This document shows, piece after piece, positions 23,084 through 33,462 of a stretch of DNA of 64,000 nt (its first letter is position 1; each line of letters opens with the position of its first letter). A model generated the notes under the pieces. The model was not told the DNA's origin, did no database searches, and saw only the letters and a list, made by a program, of their open reading frames with translations. The translations under genes and the position numbers were made by a program. Source of the stretch: a bacterium (GTDB lineage: Bacteria > Krumholzibacteriota > Krumholzibacteriia > LZORAL124-64-63); NCBI GenBank assembly GCA_031441465.1, contig JANOEP010000054.1, positions 34,967 through 98,966 on the forward strand, read 5' to 3'.

Positions 23084-24043
23084 TCACTCGGGCGGGTGGC
23101 GGATCAGATCCCAGATCAGGGTGCCCACCTGTTCCAGGCTCGCCGCCGAACAGGCCGCCGGCACGTCGGCGGCGGTATGCCAGGCCGGGTAGTCGAAGTC
23201 GATGAGGTCGACGGCGGGCAGGCCGCGGCGCAGGAACGGGACATGATCGTCGAAGACCGTCGGACCCGGTTCCTGCACCAGGGCCGTCAGGCCCAGGGCC
23301 TCCGCCCGCTCGAAGACGGTCCGGGTCCAGTCCCCCGCCAGCGCCAGGCTGTAACCCTCCTGCGGGATCGCCAGATCGCGGTCGCCGACCATGTCCAGCA
23401 GGATCAGGCCCTGCGGCGGCGGTCCGGCCAGTGGCGCGCCGAAATCGTGCCAATGGTCGGCCAGCCAGCGCGAACCCAGGCAGTAGCCGTCGAGGTCCCC
23501 GGCGCGCCCGAGGTCCTCGCCGTCGAAGAAGATCAGCGCCACGGGCCGCGGCGGCGACTCGGCCGCCATCAGCTCGGCCAGGTGCAGCAGGATCGCCGTG
23601 CCGCTGGCGCCGTCGTTGGCTCCGGTCAGCGGCCGGGCCGCGCGCGCGGGATCGGGGTCGCGGTCGCAGAAGGGTCGGCTGTCGTAGTGGGCGCCGAGCC
23701 AGAGGCGGGGGCCGCTCCCCCGACCCGCCAGGATCACCAGGTTGGTCAGCTTCAGCGTCCTGTGCTCGTAGGGATGGGGCCGGTCGAAGGGCAGGCGGTG
23801 GGCGGCCAGACCCAGGGAGCGGGCCTGCTCGAGGATCGCCGCTTCCAGGGCGGCGTGGCCGGACGACCCGGGGATGCGCGGACCCAAGGCGCACTGGCGC
23901 TCCAGCCAGACCATCGCCCGCGCGCCGTCGAAATCGGCCGCCCGGGCCGCATCGCCCCATCCCCCGACCAGCGTCGCGACGGTCAGGCCCAACAGGACAA
24001 CCGCCGCCGGCAGCGGGCCGCGTCTGTCAGCGTTAGAAGACAA
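23084..24043 (-). CDS. M28-family zinc enzyme, glutaminyl cyclase-like, exported
   Basis: Signal peptide; GAHYDSRP, GANDGASG, FFDGED, LLDMVG, DDHVPF, WHT; TTG start with GGAGG overlapping the end of sprA by 11 nt. Confidence 0.85.
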   Translation of the reverse strand: MSSNADRRGPLPAAVVLLGLTVATLVGGWGDAARAADFDGARAMVWLERQCALGPRIPGSSGHAALEAAILEQARSLGLAAHRLPFDRPHPYEHRTLKLTNLVILAGRGSGPRLWLGAHYDSRPFCDRDPDPARAARPLTGANDGASGTAILLHLAELMAAESPPRPVALIFFDGEDLGRAGDLDGYCLGSRWLADHWHDFGAPLAGPPPQGLILLDMVGDRDLAIPQEGYSLALAGDWTRTVFERAEALGLTALVQEPGPTVFDDHVPFLRRGLPAVDLIDFDYPAWHTAADVPAACSAASLEQVGTLIWDLIRHPPE

Positions 24044-27000
24044 AGGTCGCCTCCAACCCCAGGCCGAAGCGCTGCGTCACCAGGTCGGTTTCCTTGACCG
24101 AGTCCCGCGAATAGATGAACCGCAACGCTCCCGACAGGTTGCGGCTGAGCTGGTAGCTGAAGCGGGGGTTGAAGCTCCACCGGCCGGTGCCGGTGTTCTG
24201 GTCGGGTTCGCCGTTGCGGTCGGTGCCGGCGAACCAGCGGTCCGTGTTGTCCCGGGTCATGCTGATGTCGATGTCCATGTTGATGTTGGGCTGGGCTCCC
24301 GGCTTGTAGAGCCCGAGCCGCGAGAGCAGTTTCTCGGCGCGGAACTGGTGCCGCAGCTGCAGGTTGACGTTGAAGCGGCTGGTCGTGCTCAAACTGCTGT
24401 TCTGCTCGGACCGGTCCACGCTGCTGCCGACGTTCAAGCTGGCGGACATGCCGTTCTGGAAGGTGAAGTTCAGGCGCGGGGTGAGCTGCGTCGATTCGCG
24501 GGGATTGTACTGCGTCGCCGTGAAGTTCGGGATGTTGCGGGTGAACTTGTAGTTGATCTGCAGGTTCGCCGACCGCAAGAGGCCGTCGGTGCCGCCGCCG
24601 CCGAGCAGGCCGAGCCGCTCGAGCCCCGTCAGGGAAAAGCGCAGGTCCGGCCAGTCCCGGTTGTAGGATTCCGTCCGCAGGCCGGCCTGTTCGGACTCGC
24701 TGACGGTGCGCGAGTAGTTGACGTCGAGCGAGGCCATGCGGCTCAGCTTGGAACTGGTCGACAGCGTGAGCGCGGTCTGGTCGCTGAGCCCGTGGCCCAC
24801 GTAGAGCGATTCCGCGGCCGCGTAGTCGTTGTAGAAACCCACCCGATACCAGAACGGCGTGTTGCCGGTGAACCGGCCGTAGCTCGCCTGCTTCTTTTTC
24901 GAGTAGTTGACCTGGACCGGCTGGGTTTCCCTCAGGATCCCCACGAGACCGGGCAGGGGGTTCGGCACCCGCCAGCGGCGGCCCGCCGCGGGTGCGGCGG
25001 CGGTCGAATCGGCGACGGCCGCGACCACCGTCGAATCGGCGGGCGCCCGCTCCCGTTCGCGCCGTTCGCGGCGCTCCTGCTCGGCCCGCGCTTCTTCCTC
25101 GGCCCGACGCAGCAACGCCTCGTCCTCGATCACCCGGCGTTCCTCGTCCGTGAGGTTCGGGTCGTCGAGCCGCGGGTCCCGCACCGAAGTCGCGCCGGCC
25201 TCGCCGACCTCGCCGGCCGCGCCGACCGCGCCGGCCTCGCCGGTCCCACCCGCGGTTCCTGGCGCACCCGTCCCACCGCCGCCGCTCTGGCGCCGAGCCT
25301 GCTCGGCCTGCTGCCGCAGGCGGGCGGCCTGCTCTTCGCGGGAAAGGGTGGAACGGCGCGGGACGAGGCTGTTGACCAGGCCGTCGATCGGCAGCGACAG
25401 GCGCACCGTCCAGTCACCACTATTCTGGATGTTGCGGATCCCGGGCGGGTCGCCGGTCTGGCGGACGGACGGCGAGTGGTTGTCGCTGAACGAGCCGTTG
25501 AAGTTCAGCGTCGGGCGCAGGGAGCGCGAGGCGCGCAGGGCGAGGTCCAGCGGGCGCGCCCACCAGCCCTCGGGCACCTCCAAGCGCTGGGGCGGCTGGA
25601 AGCGCAGCTGGACCTGCTGGGCGAAGATGTTCTCCTGGCCGAAGTTGAAACCCAGGGCCTCGCGCGGGCGCAACGGGTCGCGATCGGAGCGGGCCGTGAA
25701 GTCCAGGTCGACGATGGACAGGGGTTTGTAGGAGAAGGAGCCGGTGAGGGTGCCCGAGCGCGTCCGCTGGGTCGGCCGGGCCTCGAAGGCCCCGGTGAGC
25801 ACGCTGAAGTTCTGGGTGCGGCGCTCGGTCGAGGAATAGTTGCCGCTGAAGGTGATCTTCGAGGGCAGCAGCCCGATCCCCTGGACGAGCGGGATGCGGC
25901 CGAGCAGCGGGATGATCGCCAGCTTGCGGTCGCCGCCGATGCGCAGGTCGTAGGTGAGCGAGCCCTGCAGGTTCTTGCCCTGCTGGATGGCCAGCGGCGT
26001 GTCGTCGCCGGTGCGCGACCCGCTCAGGCCGACGTTCCAGGGATCGACGAGGTACCGCAGCAGGGGGTGGACCGAGGGCGCCCGCGTCACGCGCACCGAA
26101 AAGCTCTCGCGCTCGTTGTGCGAGGACTCCCTCGCGCGCAGGGCCTCGTCGATGATCTCGATGTCGCTGTTGGTGACGTACTTCGGACGGCGGACGCCCA
26201 CCTGGCGGCCGAGGCTCACCGGCACGCGGAAGCCGAGCATCGGCACGAAATCGTCGATGCGGAAGCTCGAGGTGAGGTTCCAGTCCTCGTTGGTGAAGCC
26301 CTGGCCGGCGTCGCTGCTCAGCCCGTGGAACTCGGCGTCCCGCCGCGACCAGTCGAAGTCGGTCTTGATGATGTCGGCCATGTTCACGCTCATGGCGACG
26401 CGCTCGGCGTATCCCGTCGCCCGCCGGACCGACTGGAGGCGGACGTCGTTGAAGTAGAAGTAGCCGCTGGCCCCCGCGCTGCGGTCGGTGTTGCGGACTC
26501 CCAGGTAGAAGCGCTTGACGCGGCGCAGGTCGGGCGAGCCGACGACCCGGACGCGGTAGTCGCGATCGGCTTCCGAGTCGCGCACGCGCGTCACGATCCA
26601 GCCCGAGACCGGGTCCGGCGCGTCGAGCTTGGCGTTGCTGAGCTCGGCGAGGTCGAGGCTCAGCGCCTGCCAGCCGCTGCGGGCGCCGTCGCTCTCGTCG
26701 AAGCGGTAGCTGATCTCGTAGTAGTTGAGCGTGTCGGCGCCGACCCGGTAGAAGACCTCCATGTCGGCCTGGTCGGGATCCGGGTTGAAGACATACCAGA
26801 GCAGGCGCTCGTAACGCGTGAAGTCCTCGCCCTGGGGCGAGATCAGCCGGCTGGCGCGCACCATGTGCTGGCGCTGGAGGTTCTGGTAGTCGAGCACGAG
26901 CGAGGTTTCCTTCTCCTGCACCTGGTTCTGGATGCGCAGCGCGAAGGGAGGGACGTAGTCCGGGTTCTCCTTGTTGTTCACCTCGCCGAGGAAGAACTCC

Positions 27001-30000
27001 TCCCCCGCCGCCAGGTCGGCCGGGGTCAGCAGCAGCTCGTCGGGAGCGGCGGCCGTGGGCACGCGCCGCACGCCCTCCCGCTCCCAGCGGGTCCCGAGCA
27101 GCTTGATTTCCGTCAGCTGGATGTCGCGCACGGTCTCGGCGGCGGCCGGGTCGCGATTCTCGAACCAGATGCGCATGTGGGTCGCGGTGGCCAGCTGCGG
27201 CGTGATGCCGCCGGGCGGCACCACCGGCAGCCGGTCGCCGAGACGGATGCGGTACTTGCGCCAGGCGAGCCGCTGCTCGAGGTTCGCTGACACCTCCGAC
27301 GCGGGGAAGTCGCGCAGGACGTCGACCATGGCCGAGTCGGCGAGGTCCACGCTGATCGTGAAGAAGCCGTTCTTGTCGTCGAACAGGGAATCGCCGTCGA
27401 GGTCCTCGCTGTCCTCGCGGTTGTTGCCGGCCGTGCCGTTGATCCCCGGGTAGGGTTCGGCGTCGGTGCCGTAGTCGGCGTTGAACTGGTCGCGCGCGGT
27501 GTCGTTGCCGAGCCCGACATCCTCGCGGATCTCCCAGATGCCGTCCGGGGTGTCGCCTAGCACGCCGTCCTCGCGCTGGTAGGTGCCCGTCACCAGTTCG
27601 CCGCCCACCGCCACGGGCCAGTAGCCGTCCTCGCTGATGTACCCGAAGTCGAAGTGCAGGGTGCCGTCCGGCACCGTCCCGAGGGCTTCGTGCCGGAAGT
27701 CGTTGACCCAGAACTCGAGGAACTGGGACTTGGTCAGGTCGACGCCGTTGCGGCCGAGCCCGTGCGTGATGCCGCCCCAATGCTCCGGCGTCCACTCCCC
27801 GCCGCCCGTCGACAGGTGGATCTGGAGCACCTGCTGCGACTCGCGTGCCTCCTGCTCGCGCAGGTCGGGGTTGAGGTAGCGGCGCTGGGTGATGTTGCGG
27901 GGCAGGAACCAGCGCGTGTCGAGTCGCCGCTGCGGCGAGAAGTCGCGGCCGATCAGGTAGGCGCGCGGGTCGTCGGGCGGCAGGGTCAGGCCCTCGCCGT
28001 GGGCCGGGGCGGCGGCGGCGTTCCAGGCCAGCCGGCTGACGGGCAGCAGGTCCGAGGAGTCGACCCCCTCGTAGTCCTCCACGTAGACCTCGTTGAAGGT
28101 GTTCGGGTTGGGGACGCTCAGGGCCAGCTCGCCGCTCAGGCGCACGTTGCTCTCGCGGTCGGAGTCGTGGCGGCTCAGCAGGTTCGCGAACCCGGTCAGG
28201 AACCCCGGGCGCACGGTGACCTGGCCGTTGAGGTTGCCGACCAGCGTGCGGCTGGGCTCCTCGCCCAGCTTCGCCTTGTGGCCCACCACCGCGTTGCTCT
28301 CGTAGAGCCAGGTCGTGGCGAAGCGGCCCTCGCGCCCGACGTCCATCCCCAGGTTGAAGCCCATGAGGCTGCTGTTGCCCCCGCCCACGAACGGGGCGAA
28401 CTGGTAGTTGACGGCGATGCGGGAGTCCGCCGTCATGTTCGCCGCGGCCTCGCCCTTGAGCGTGACCTCGCCGAAGGAGTAGTCGATGACGTAGTCGGTG
28501 TCGCGCACCAGCGTGCGGCCGTCGAGCGTCACCGTTTCGGAGCCCTCCTCGATGTTCGAGGCGCCGAGGTTGAAGGTGCTGGACGCCGCGGCGTGCGTCG
28601 CCACGAACCGGTACTGGGTGTACTGGGCCATCTGCGTCGGGGTGAGGTCGGTGCTGTAGATCTCGGGAATAGTGATCAGTTGCGTGGTCTGCGGGTCGTA
28701 GACCGAGGAATCGGCGAAGGCTGCGTAGGCCTCCGGCGCGGCGTTGAACGGCTCCGGGAAGTCGAGCGGGAACTTGAGCAGCCCGCGCGTGAGGTCGAAG
28801 AGGAAGGAGTCGTGCACGTCGACCCGGTCGTCGTGGCCGGCGTCGTTCTGCGGGGTCGTGCGGTCGAGGCCGAAGATGCGGATCCACTTCAGGCCGCTGC
28901 CGGCCCCCGTGTTGTCCAGGTCCTGTTCGGGGAAGTTGGTCTGGGAGTTGGACTCGAGCCGCAGGTCGAAGCTGGCGGCGTCGATGTTGCTCCCGCCCAG
29001 GGGGTAGATGTTGCGCAGGACGTACTGCCAGGTGTACGGCTCCGGGTTCTGCGGCTTCAGCATCTTCATGCGGTAGCAGAGCTCGCCCTGGAACTCCACG
29101 CGGTTCGCCTCGTCGACGCCCGGCCTGTCGCCGACGCGCCACCGGGAGCCGTCCGTCAGGATGACCTCGTAGATGACCGCCAGCACGTCGTAGAAGCCGT
29201 ACTCGCGCTGCAGGTTGATGGCGACCACGTCTTCGTTCTGGTCGCGGATGATCTCGAAGTTCACGGGGCGCCACAGCTCGTTGTAGCGGGCGCCCGGCAA
29301 CGCCGCCGCCACGGCGTCGGCCCCCCAGCGGCCGGTGCTGTCGGTCACCGCGACGATGTTGCGGATGTCCCCGTCCTGCTGGCGGCCGGTGACCGCCAGG
29401 AACACCTGCACCGTATTGAGGTCGATGCGCTCGTTCTGCCGGTCGCGCCCCGGCGCGTCGGGGCGCTCGTGGGCCACGATGTCGTTGGGCGGCAGGTCGA
29501 GACGGAAGAAGCGGTTGTTCAGGTACTGGTAGGCGTAGATGACGTGCTCGGACTGGGTGCCGCCGCTGGAATTGAAGCTGCGCCCGGCGCTCTCGGCCTT
29601 CTGCTTGGTGGCGAGCACCGTGAAGTCCGCGGGGCCGAACTGGCCGGTCACCTTGAGACCGAACAGCCCCGACTTGTTGGAGCTGTAGCCCAGCAACTGG
29701 CTGCCCGGCAGGGTGAGGCCCACGTCGCCGGTCTCGATCGTCTGGATGATCTCGTCTTCGGTGCCCTCGAAGGTGAGGCGGATCTTGGTCGCCTCCGGCC
29801 CGAGGCCTTCGCTGTTGTGGTCCACCTCCAGCTTGATCTTCTCGCCGATCTGTCCCGAGAGGTTGATCTGCAGCTGCTGCTCCATGTCCAGGGACGGGAA
29901 CAGGCTCTGGCTGCGGCGCCGCTCGGTCGGGGTGAAGCGGTTGCTCAGCGTCGACTCGCCGGCGATCGAGATGTGCTCGCGGCCCGAGATGCGGATGTTG

Positions 30001-30662
30001 GTCTTCTCGCCGCGGCCGATGATCTTTTCGAGGGTCCGCGGCAGCTTGATCGGGATCGTCAGGTTGATCAGCCCGGCCTGAGTCCCGGCGGCGCCGGCGC
30101 CGCCGCGCAGGTCCAGGTCCTTCGCGCGGGCGACCCGGTTACGCACGGCCAGACGCCGTTCCCGGGCCGCGGCCGGGTCGTCGATGAACAGCCCCACCTC
30201 GGGAGCGTCGGTGTCGCGGGGCGGGTAGTAGACGAAACCGCCGGGCAGTTCCCGGGGGGACTGCGCCAGCAGGAAGTGCTCGGGGTAGCTGAAGACGGTC
30301 TCGATGCCCAGGGATCCGGAAGATTCGGTGACCGTGACCCGGCGCTGCCAGTCGATGCCCGCCGCGTGGTCGGCGAGGTAGCGGAAACGGCGGTCGCAGC
30401 GCGACAGCGAGTCCAGCCCGACGGGGTCGAACCCGAGCGACATCATCCTCTCGCGCAGGACGAGCCGGTCCTCGCCCAGCAGACGGGGGTCGTCGGTGGA
30501 CCGCAGCAGGGGGTCGAGGCCCCACAGGATCAGCTCACCGGCGGCGGCCCCTCCCGCGGCGCCCAGCAGCGAGAGGGACAGGGCCAGGACGAGCGCGGGC
30601 CGGGACCACGGCGGCCGCCGGCCCCGGCCCCGTCGCCGGTCGCATCCCCTCACCCCGCTCAA
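24033..30662 (-). CDS. sprA: SprA/Sov-like giant outer-membrane beta-barrel (T9SS translocon homolog), 2209 aa
   Basis: Signal peptide; MEQQLQINLSGQIGEKI..IRLTFEGTEDEIIQTIETGDVGLTLP..GLFGLK..QFG, LRNIYPLG, IEEGSETVTLDGRTL..DYVIDYSFGEV, YVEDYEG, EDLDGD; amphipathic strands ending ATFVF (beta-signal). Confidence 0.85.
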   Translation of the reverse strand: MSGVRGCDRRRGRGRRPPWSRPALVLALSLSLLGAAGGAAAGELILWGLDPLLRSTDDPRLLGEDRLVLRERMMSLGFDPVGLDSLSRCDRRFRYLADHAAGIDWQRRVTVTESSGSLGIETVFSYPEHFLLAQSPRELPGGFVYYPPRDTDAPEVGLFIDDPAAARERRLAVRNRVARAKDLDLRGGAGAAGTQAGLINLTIPIKLPRTLEKIIGRGEKTNIRISGREHISIAGESTLSNRFTPTERRRSQSLFPSLDMEQQLQINLSGQIGEKIKLEVDHNSEGLGPEATKIRLTFEGTEDEIIQTIETGDVGLTLPGSQLLGYSSNKSGLFGLKVTGQFGPADFTVLATKQKAESAGRSFNSSGGTQSEHVIYAYQYLNNRFFRLDLPPNDIVAHERPDAPGRDRQNERIDLNTVQVFLAVTGRQQDGDIRNIVAVTDSTGRWGADAVAAALPGARYNELWRPVNFEIIRDQNEDVVAINLQREYGFYDVLAVIYEVILTDGSRWRVGDRPGVDEANRVEFQGELCYRMKMLKPQNPEPYTWQYVLRNIYPLGGSNIDAASFDLRLESNSQTNFPEQDLDNTGAGSGLKWIRIFGLDRTTPQNDAGHDDRVDVHDSFLFDLTRGLLKFPLDFPEPFNAAPEAYAAFADSSVYDPQTTQLITIPEIYSTDLTPTQMAQYTQYRFVATHAAASSTFNLGASNIEEGSETVTLDGRTLVRDTDYVIDYSFGEVTLKGEAAANMTADSRIAVNYQFAPFVGGGNSSLMGFNLGMDVGREGRFATTWLYESNAVVGHKAKLGEEPSRTLVGNLNGQVTVRPGFLTGFANLLSRHDSDRESNVRLSGELALSVPNPNTFNEVYVEDYEGVDSSDLLPVSRLAWNAAAAPAHGEGLTLPPDDPRAYLIGRDFSPQRRLDTRWFLPRNITQRRYLNPDLREQEARESQQVLQIHLSTGGGEWTPEHWGGITHGLGRNGVDLTKSQFLEFWVNDFRHEALGTVPDGTLHFDFGYISEDGYWPVAVGGELVTGTYQREDGVLGDTPDGIWEIREDVGLGNDTARDQFNADYGTDAEPYPGINGTAGNNREDSEDLDGDSLFDDKNGFFTISVDLADSAMVDVLRDFPASEVSANLEQRLAWRKYRIRLGDRLPVVPPGGITPQLATATHMRIWFENRDPAAAETVRDIQLTEIKLLGTRWEREGVRRVPTAAAPDELLLTPADLAAGEEFFLGEVNNKENPDYVPPFALRIQNQVQEKETSLVLDYQNLQRQHMVRASRLISPQGEDFTRYERLLWYVFNPDPDQADMEVFYRVGADTLNYYEISYRFDESDGARSGWQALSLDLAELSNAKLDAPDPVSGWIVTRVRDSEADRDYRVRVVGSPDLRRVKRFYLGVRNTDRSAGASGYFYFNDVRLQSVRRATGYAERVAMSVNMADIIKTDFDWSRRDAEFHGLSSDAGQGFTNEDWNLTSSFRIDDFVPMLGFRVPVSLGRQVGVRRPKYVTNSDIEIIDEALRARESSHNERESFSVRVTRAPSVHPLLRYLVDPWNVGLSGSRTGDDTPLAIQQGKNLQGSLTYDLRIGGDRKLAIIPLLGRIPLVQGIGLLPSKITFSGNYSSTERRTQNFSVLTGAFEARPTQRTRSGTLTGSFSYKPLSIVDLDFTARSDRDPLRPREALGFNFGQENIFAQQVQLRFQPPQRLEVPEGWWARPLDLALRASRSLRPTLNFNGSFSDNHSPSVRQTGDPPGIRNIQNSGDWTVRLSLPIDGLVNSLVPRRSTLSREEQAARLRQQAEQARRQSGGGGTGAPGTAGGTGEAGAVGAAGEVGEAGATSVRDPRLDDPNLTDEERRVIEDEALLRRAEEEARAEQERRERRERERAPADSTVVAAVADSTAAAPAAGRRWRVPNPLPGLVGILRETQPVQVNYSKKKQASYGRFTGNTPFWYRVGFYNDYAAAESLYVGHGLSDQTALTLSTSSKLSRMASLDVNYSRTVSESEQAGLRTESYNRDWPDLRFSLTGLERLGLLGGGGTDGLLRSANLQINYKFTRNIPNFTATQYNPRESTQLTPRLNFTFQNGMSASLNVGSSVDRSEQNSSLSTTSRFNVNLQLRHQFRAEKLLSRLGLYKPGAQPNINMDIDISMTRDNTDRWFAGTDRNGEPDQNTGTGRWSFNPRFSYQLSRNLSGALRFIYSRDSVKETDLVTQRFGLGLEATFVF

Positions 30663-30759
30663 CTTGCGCCTCCCGTCAGTCCGCCGCCCGCGGCTTGACC
30701 TGTCGGATGAAGATGGGTACGGAGATTCCTTCGCCGTAGAATCCCGTGTCGAAGAATCG

Positions 30760-30788
30760 TTGTCCTGTCGGGAACCAGTGGCTACACT
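30760..30788 (+). promoter_or_regulatory. Putative sigma70 promoter of lptFG
   Basis: TTGTCC-N17-TACACT ~95 nt upstream of lptF. Confidence 0.5.
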
Positions 30789-30881
30789 GCGGGTTCCCGG
30801 GAAGATCCAGGCGCCGGCGATCGTCCTCGAAAGGAGTCAGGCCGCCCCCTTCAGGCGACAGGAGCGGCCGCGGCGACCATC

Positions 30882-32249
30882 ATGATCCTGCTCCAACGAC
30901 ATCTGCTGCGCGCCACCGCCGGACCCTTCGCGTTCGGCTTCTTCGTGATCACCTTCGTGCTGATCATCGACAACCTGTACCGCTACGTCGACCTGTTCGT
31001 CACCAAAGGCGTGCCGTTCGTGGTGGCCACGGAAGTGCTGCTGTTGAGCCTGGGGTATACGTTTGCATTATCCGTGCCCATGGCGGTCCTGATCGGCGTC
31101 CTGATGGGCGTCGGCCAGCTCGCCACCGACCACGAGATCACGGCCATGAAGGCGAGCGGCGTGGGGCTCTACGCCATCCTGCGGCCCCTGCTGTTCGGGG
31201 CCGCGCTGGTGGCGGCGGGCCTGACCGCCTACAACCACTACGTCTTCCCGGAGTCGAACCACAGGCTAGCCAACCTCCTGTACGACATCAAACACAAAAG
31301 GCCGATGATGGAGATCCGCGAGCAGATGTTCACGGACCTCAACGACCTCACCACCATCTTCGTCAAGGAAAAGAACGAGAAGACAAACGAAATCTTCGAC
31401 GTGGTCATCCTGGAACGCAGCGGCCCCGGCGACGTCTCCCCGACGATGACCACCGCCGCGCGCGGCCTGATCGTCCCGTTGCACGACCGCAACGCGATGC
31501 GGATCGAGCTGCACGACGGCGAGATCCACGACCTGCCGGACGACCGCAACCTCGCCCAGTACACCATCACGCGATTCCGTCAGCACGACCTCGTCCTCAA
31601 GGACGCCGAGCGCGATCTCGAGGACTCCGGGCGCACCAACCGCGGCGACCGCGAGATGGATTTCACCGCCCTGCTCGGGGCCGCCGCCGACGCGCGTCGC
31701 GACCGCGAGGAGACGCTGGCCGGACAACGGGAACTCGCCGGCGGGGCGGCGGCGCGGGAGTGGCAACTGCTGGACGCGCCCGGCCGCGGGGGACTGATCG
31801 AGGTCCCGGCCGGCGGCCTGGCGGCGACCCGCGGGCGCCGGCTCGAGCTGCTGCGCGCCACGCGGCAGGAGGTTCAGCGCGTGCGCCGGGCGTCGGAGTT
31901 CCAGCAGAGCGTGCTGCGCTCCAAGCAGGCCCGGGAGAACGCCTACCTCGTCGAGTTCCACAAGAAGCTGGCCATCCCCGCCGCCTGCCTGGTCTTCGTG
32001 GTGATCGGGTTGCCCATGGCCGTCACGGCGTCGCGCTCCGGGCGCGGCGTCTCGCTGACCCTGGCGCTGGCGTTCTACCTCGTCTACTACCTGTTCCTGG
32101 TCGGCGGCGAACAGATGGCCGACCGCGGCCGGCTCGACCCCGCCGTGGCGATGTGGGCGGCCGACGCGGTGCTGGCGGCGGTCGGGATCCCCCTGCTCGT
32201 GCACGCGGCGCACGAGAACTCCTGGTTCCGGCGGACGCGGAGCCCGTGA
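30882..32249 (+). CDS. lptF: LPS export permease LptF (YjgP/YjgQ family)
   Basis: 3 N-terminal TMs, LATDHEITAMKASGVG, periplasmic domain, EFHKKLAIPAACLVF, 3 C-terminal TMs. Confidence 0.88.
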   Translation: MILLQRHLLRATAGPFAFGFFVITFVLIIDNLYRYVDLFVTKGVPFVVATEVLLLSLGYTFALSVPMAVLIGVLMGVGQLATDHEITAMKASGVGLYAILRPLLFGAALVAAGLTAYNHYVFPESNHRLANLLYDIKHKRPMMEIREQMFTDLNDLTTIFVKEKNEKTNEIFDVVILERSGPGDVSPTMTTAARGLIVPLHDRNAMRIELHDGEIHDLPDDRNLAQYTITRFRQHDLVLKDAERDLEDSGRTNRGDREMDFTALLGAAADARRDREETLAGQRELAGGAAAREWQLLDAPGRGGLIEVPAGGLAATRGRRLELLRATRQEVQRVRRASEFQQSVLRSKQARENAYLVEFHKKLAIPAACLVFVVIGLPMAVTASRSGRGVSLTLALAFYLVYYLFLVGGEQMADRGRLDPAVAMWAADAVLAAVGIPLLVHAAHENSWFRRTRSP

Positions 32250-33322
32250 TGCAACTCGTCCACCGCAGCGTGGTCGCCGGATTCCTGCGCATCCTGGGCT
32301 TCACCCTGGTCGGCGCGGTCGTCCTGTTCACCCTGGTCGACCTCATCGACCACCTCCGCAACTTCGTCGACAACCACGCCTCGGCCTCGGTGCTCGTGCG
32401 CTACTACCTGAACAAGATTCCCTGGATCCTGGACACCGTCCTGCCCATCGGCATGCTCATGGCCACGATGTTCACCGTCGGCGACATGGCCCGCTACAAC
32501 GAGCTGAGCGCCATGTACGCCGCCGGCCGCTCGCTGCTGCAGACGACCCGGCCCCTGCTGGGGCTGGCCCTGCTCGCCTGCCTGTTCTCGCTGGTCTGGG
32601 GCGAGTACGTCCTGCCCCACACCAACGCCAGGGTCGCGCGCATCTGGGAGGTCGAGATCCACGGCAACCCGGATCGCGTGCGCCCGACCAACGACGCCGC
32701 CTTCAACGGCGAGGACGGGCGCCTCTACTACGCCCGCAGCTTCTCCCCCGAGCGCCAGCAGATCCGCGAATTCCGGGTCCACACGGTCGAGGGGGCCCGT
32801 GTCCTGGAACGGATCGACGCCGCCAGCGCCACCTGGGACGGCCGGCAATGGCTGCTCGCGGACGGGACGCGGCGCATCTTCACGGCCCGCGGCGACAGCC
32901 TCTTGCGCTTCTCCGAGTACGCTTCGGGCCTGGACGGCATCACGCCGCGCACCTTCCTCGACGACCGGTTGAAGCCCGAGGCGATGAACGCCCGGCAGCT
33001 GCGGCGCTACATCGCCGTGATCCGCCGCAGCGGCGGCGACGCCACGGCGCACAGCGTCGACCTGCAGTTCAAGCTGTCCTTCCCGGTGGTGCACCTGATC
33101 GTGGTGATGCTGGGCATCCTGCTGGCTTCGAGCCCCCGCAAGACAACCGTCGCCTCGGGGTTCGGCTGGACGATCGCCATCAGTTTCGGGTACTACCTGG
33201 CCATCAACTTCGGCCGCTCGCTGGGGCACAACGGCACCCTGCCGCCGTTCCTGGCGGCCTGGGCCGGGAATCTGGCCTACACTGCGGTCGCGGCCGGGGC
33301 GTGGCTGCGCGTGCGGCGCTGA
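32249..33322 (+). CDS. lptG: LPS export permease LptG (YjgP/YjgQ family)
   Basis: MARYNELSAMYAAGRS, DAASATWDG, KLSFP, LPPFLAAW; ATG overlaps the lptF stop. Confidence 0.88.
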   Translation: MQLVHRSVVAGFLRILGFTLVGAVVLFTLVDLIDHLRNFVDNHASASVLVRYYLNKIPWILDTVLPIGMLMATMFTVGDMARYNELSAMYAAGRSLLQTTRPLLGLALLACLFSLVWGEYVLPHTNARVARIWEVEIHGNPDRVRPTNDAAFNGEDGRLYYARSFSPERQQIREFRVHTVEGARVLERIDAASATWDGRQWLLADGTRRIFTARGDSLLRFSEYASGLDGITPRTFLDDRLKPEAMNARQLRRYIAVIRRSGGDATAHSVDLQFKLSFPVVHLIVVMLGILLASSPRKTTVASGFGWTIAISFGYYLAINFGRSLGHNGTLPPFLAAWAGNLAYTAVAAGAWLRVRR

Positions 33323-33462
33323 CCAACGCCCCGGCAGGGGGCTTTTCGCTGGACTCCTTGCCCGGCCGGACCTAACTTCTTACTCAGATGACGTTCTGCG
33401 CCCCCGCACGGCTCGCCGGGCGGGGGTGCGTGGTGCCCCACCGTGACGACGGAGCCAGCCAC

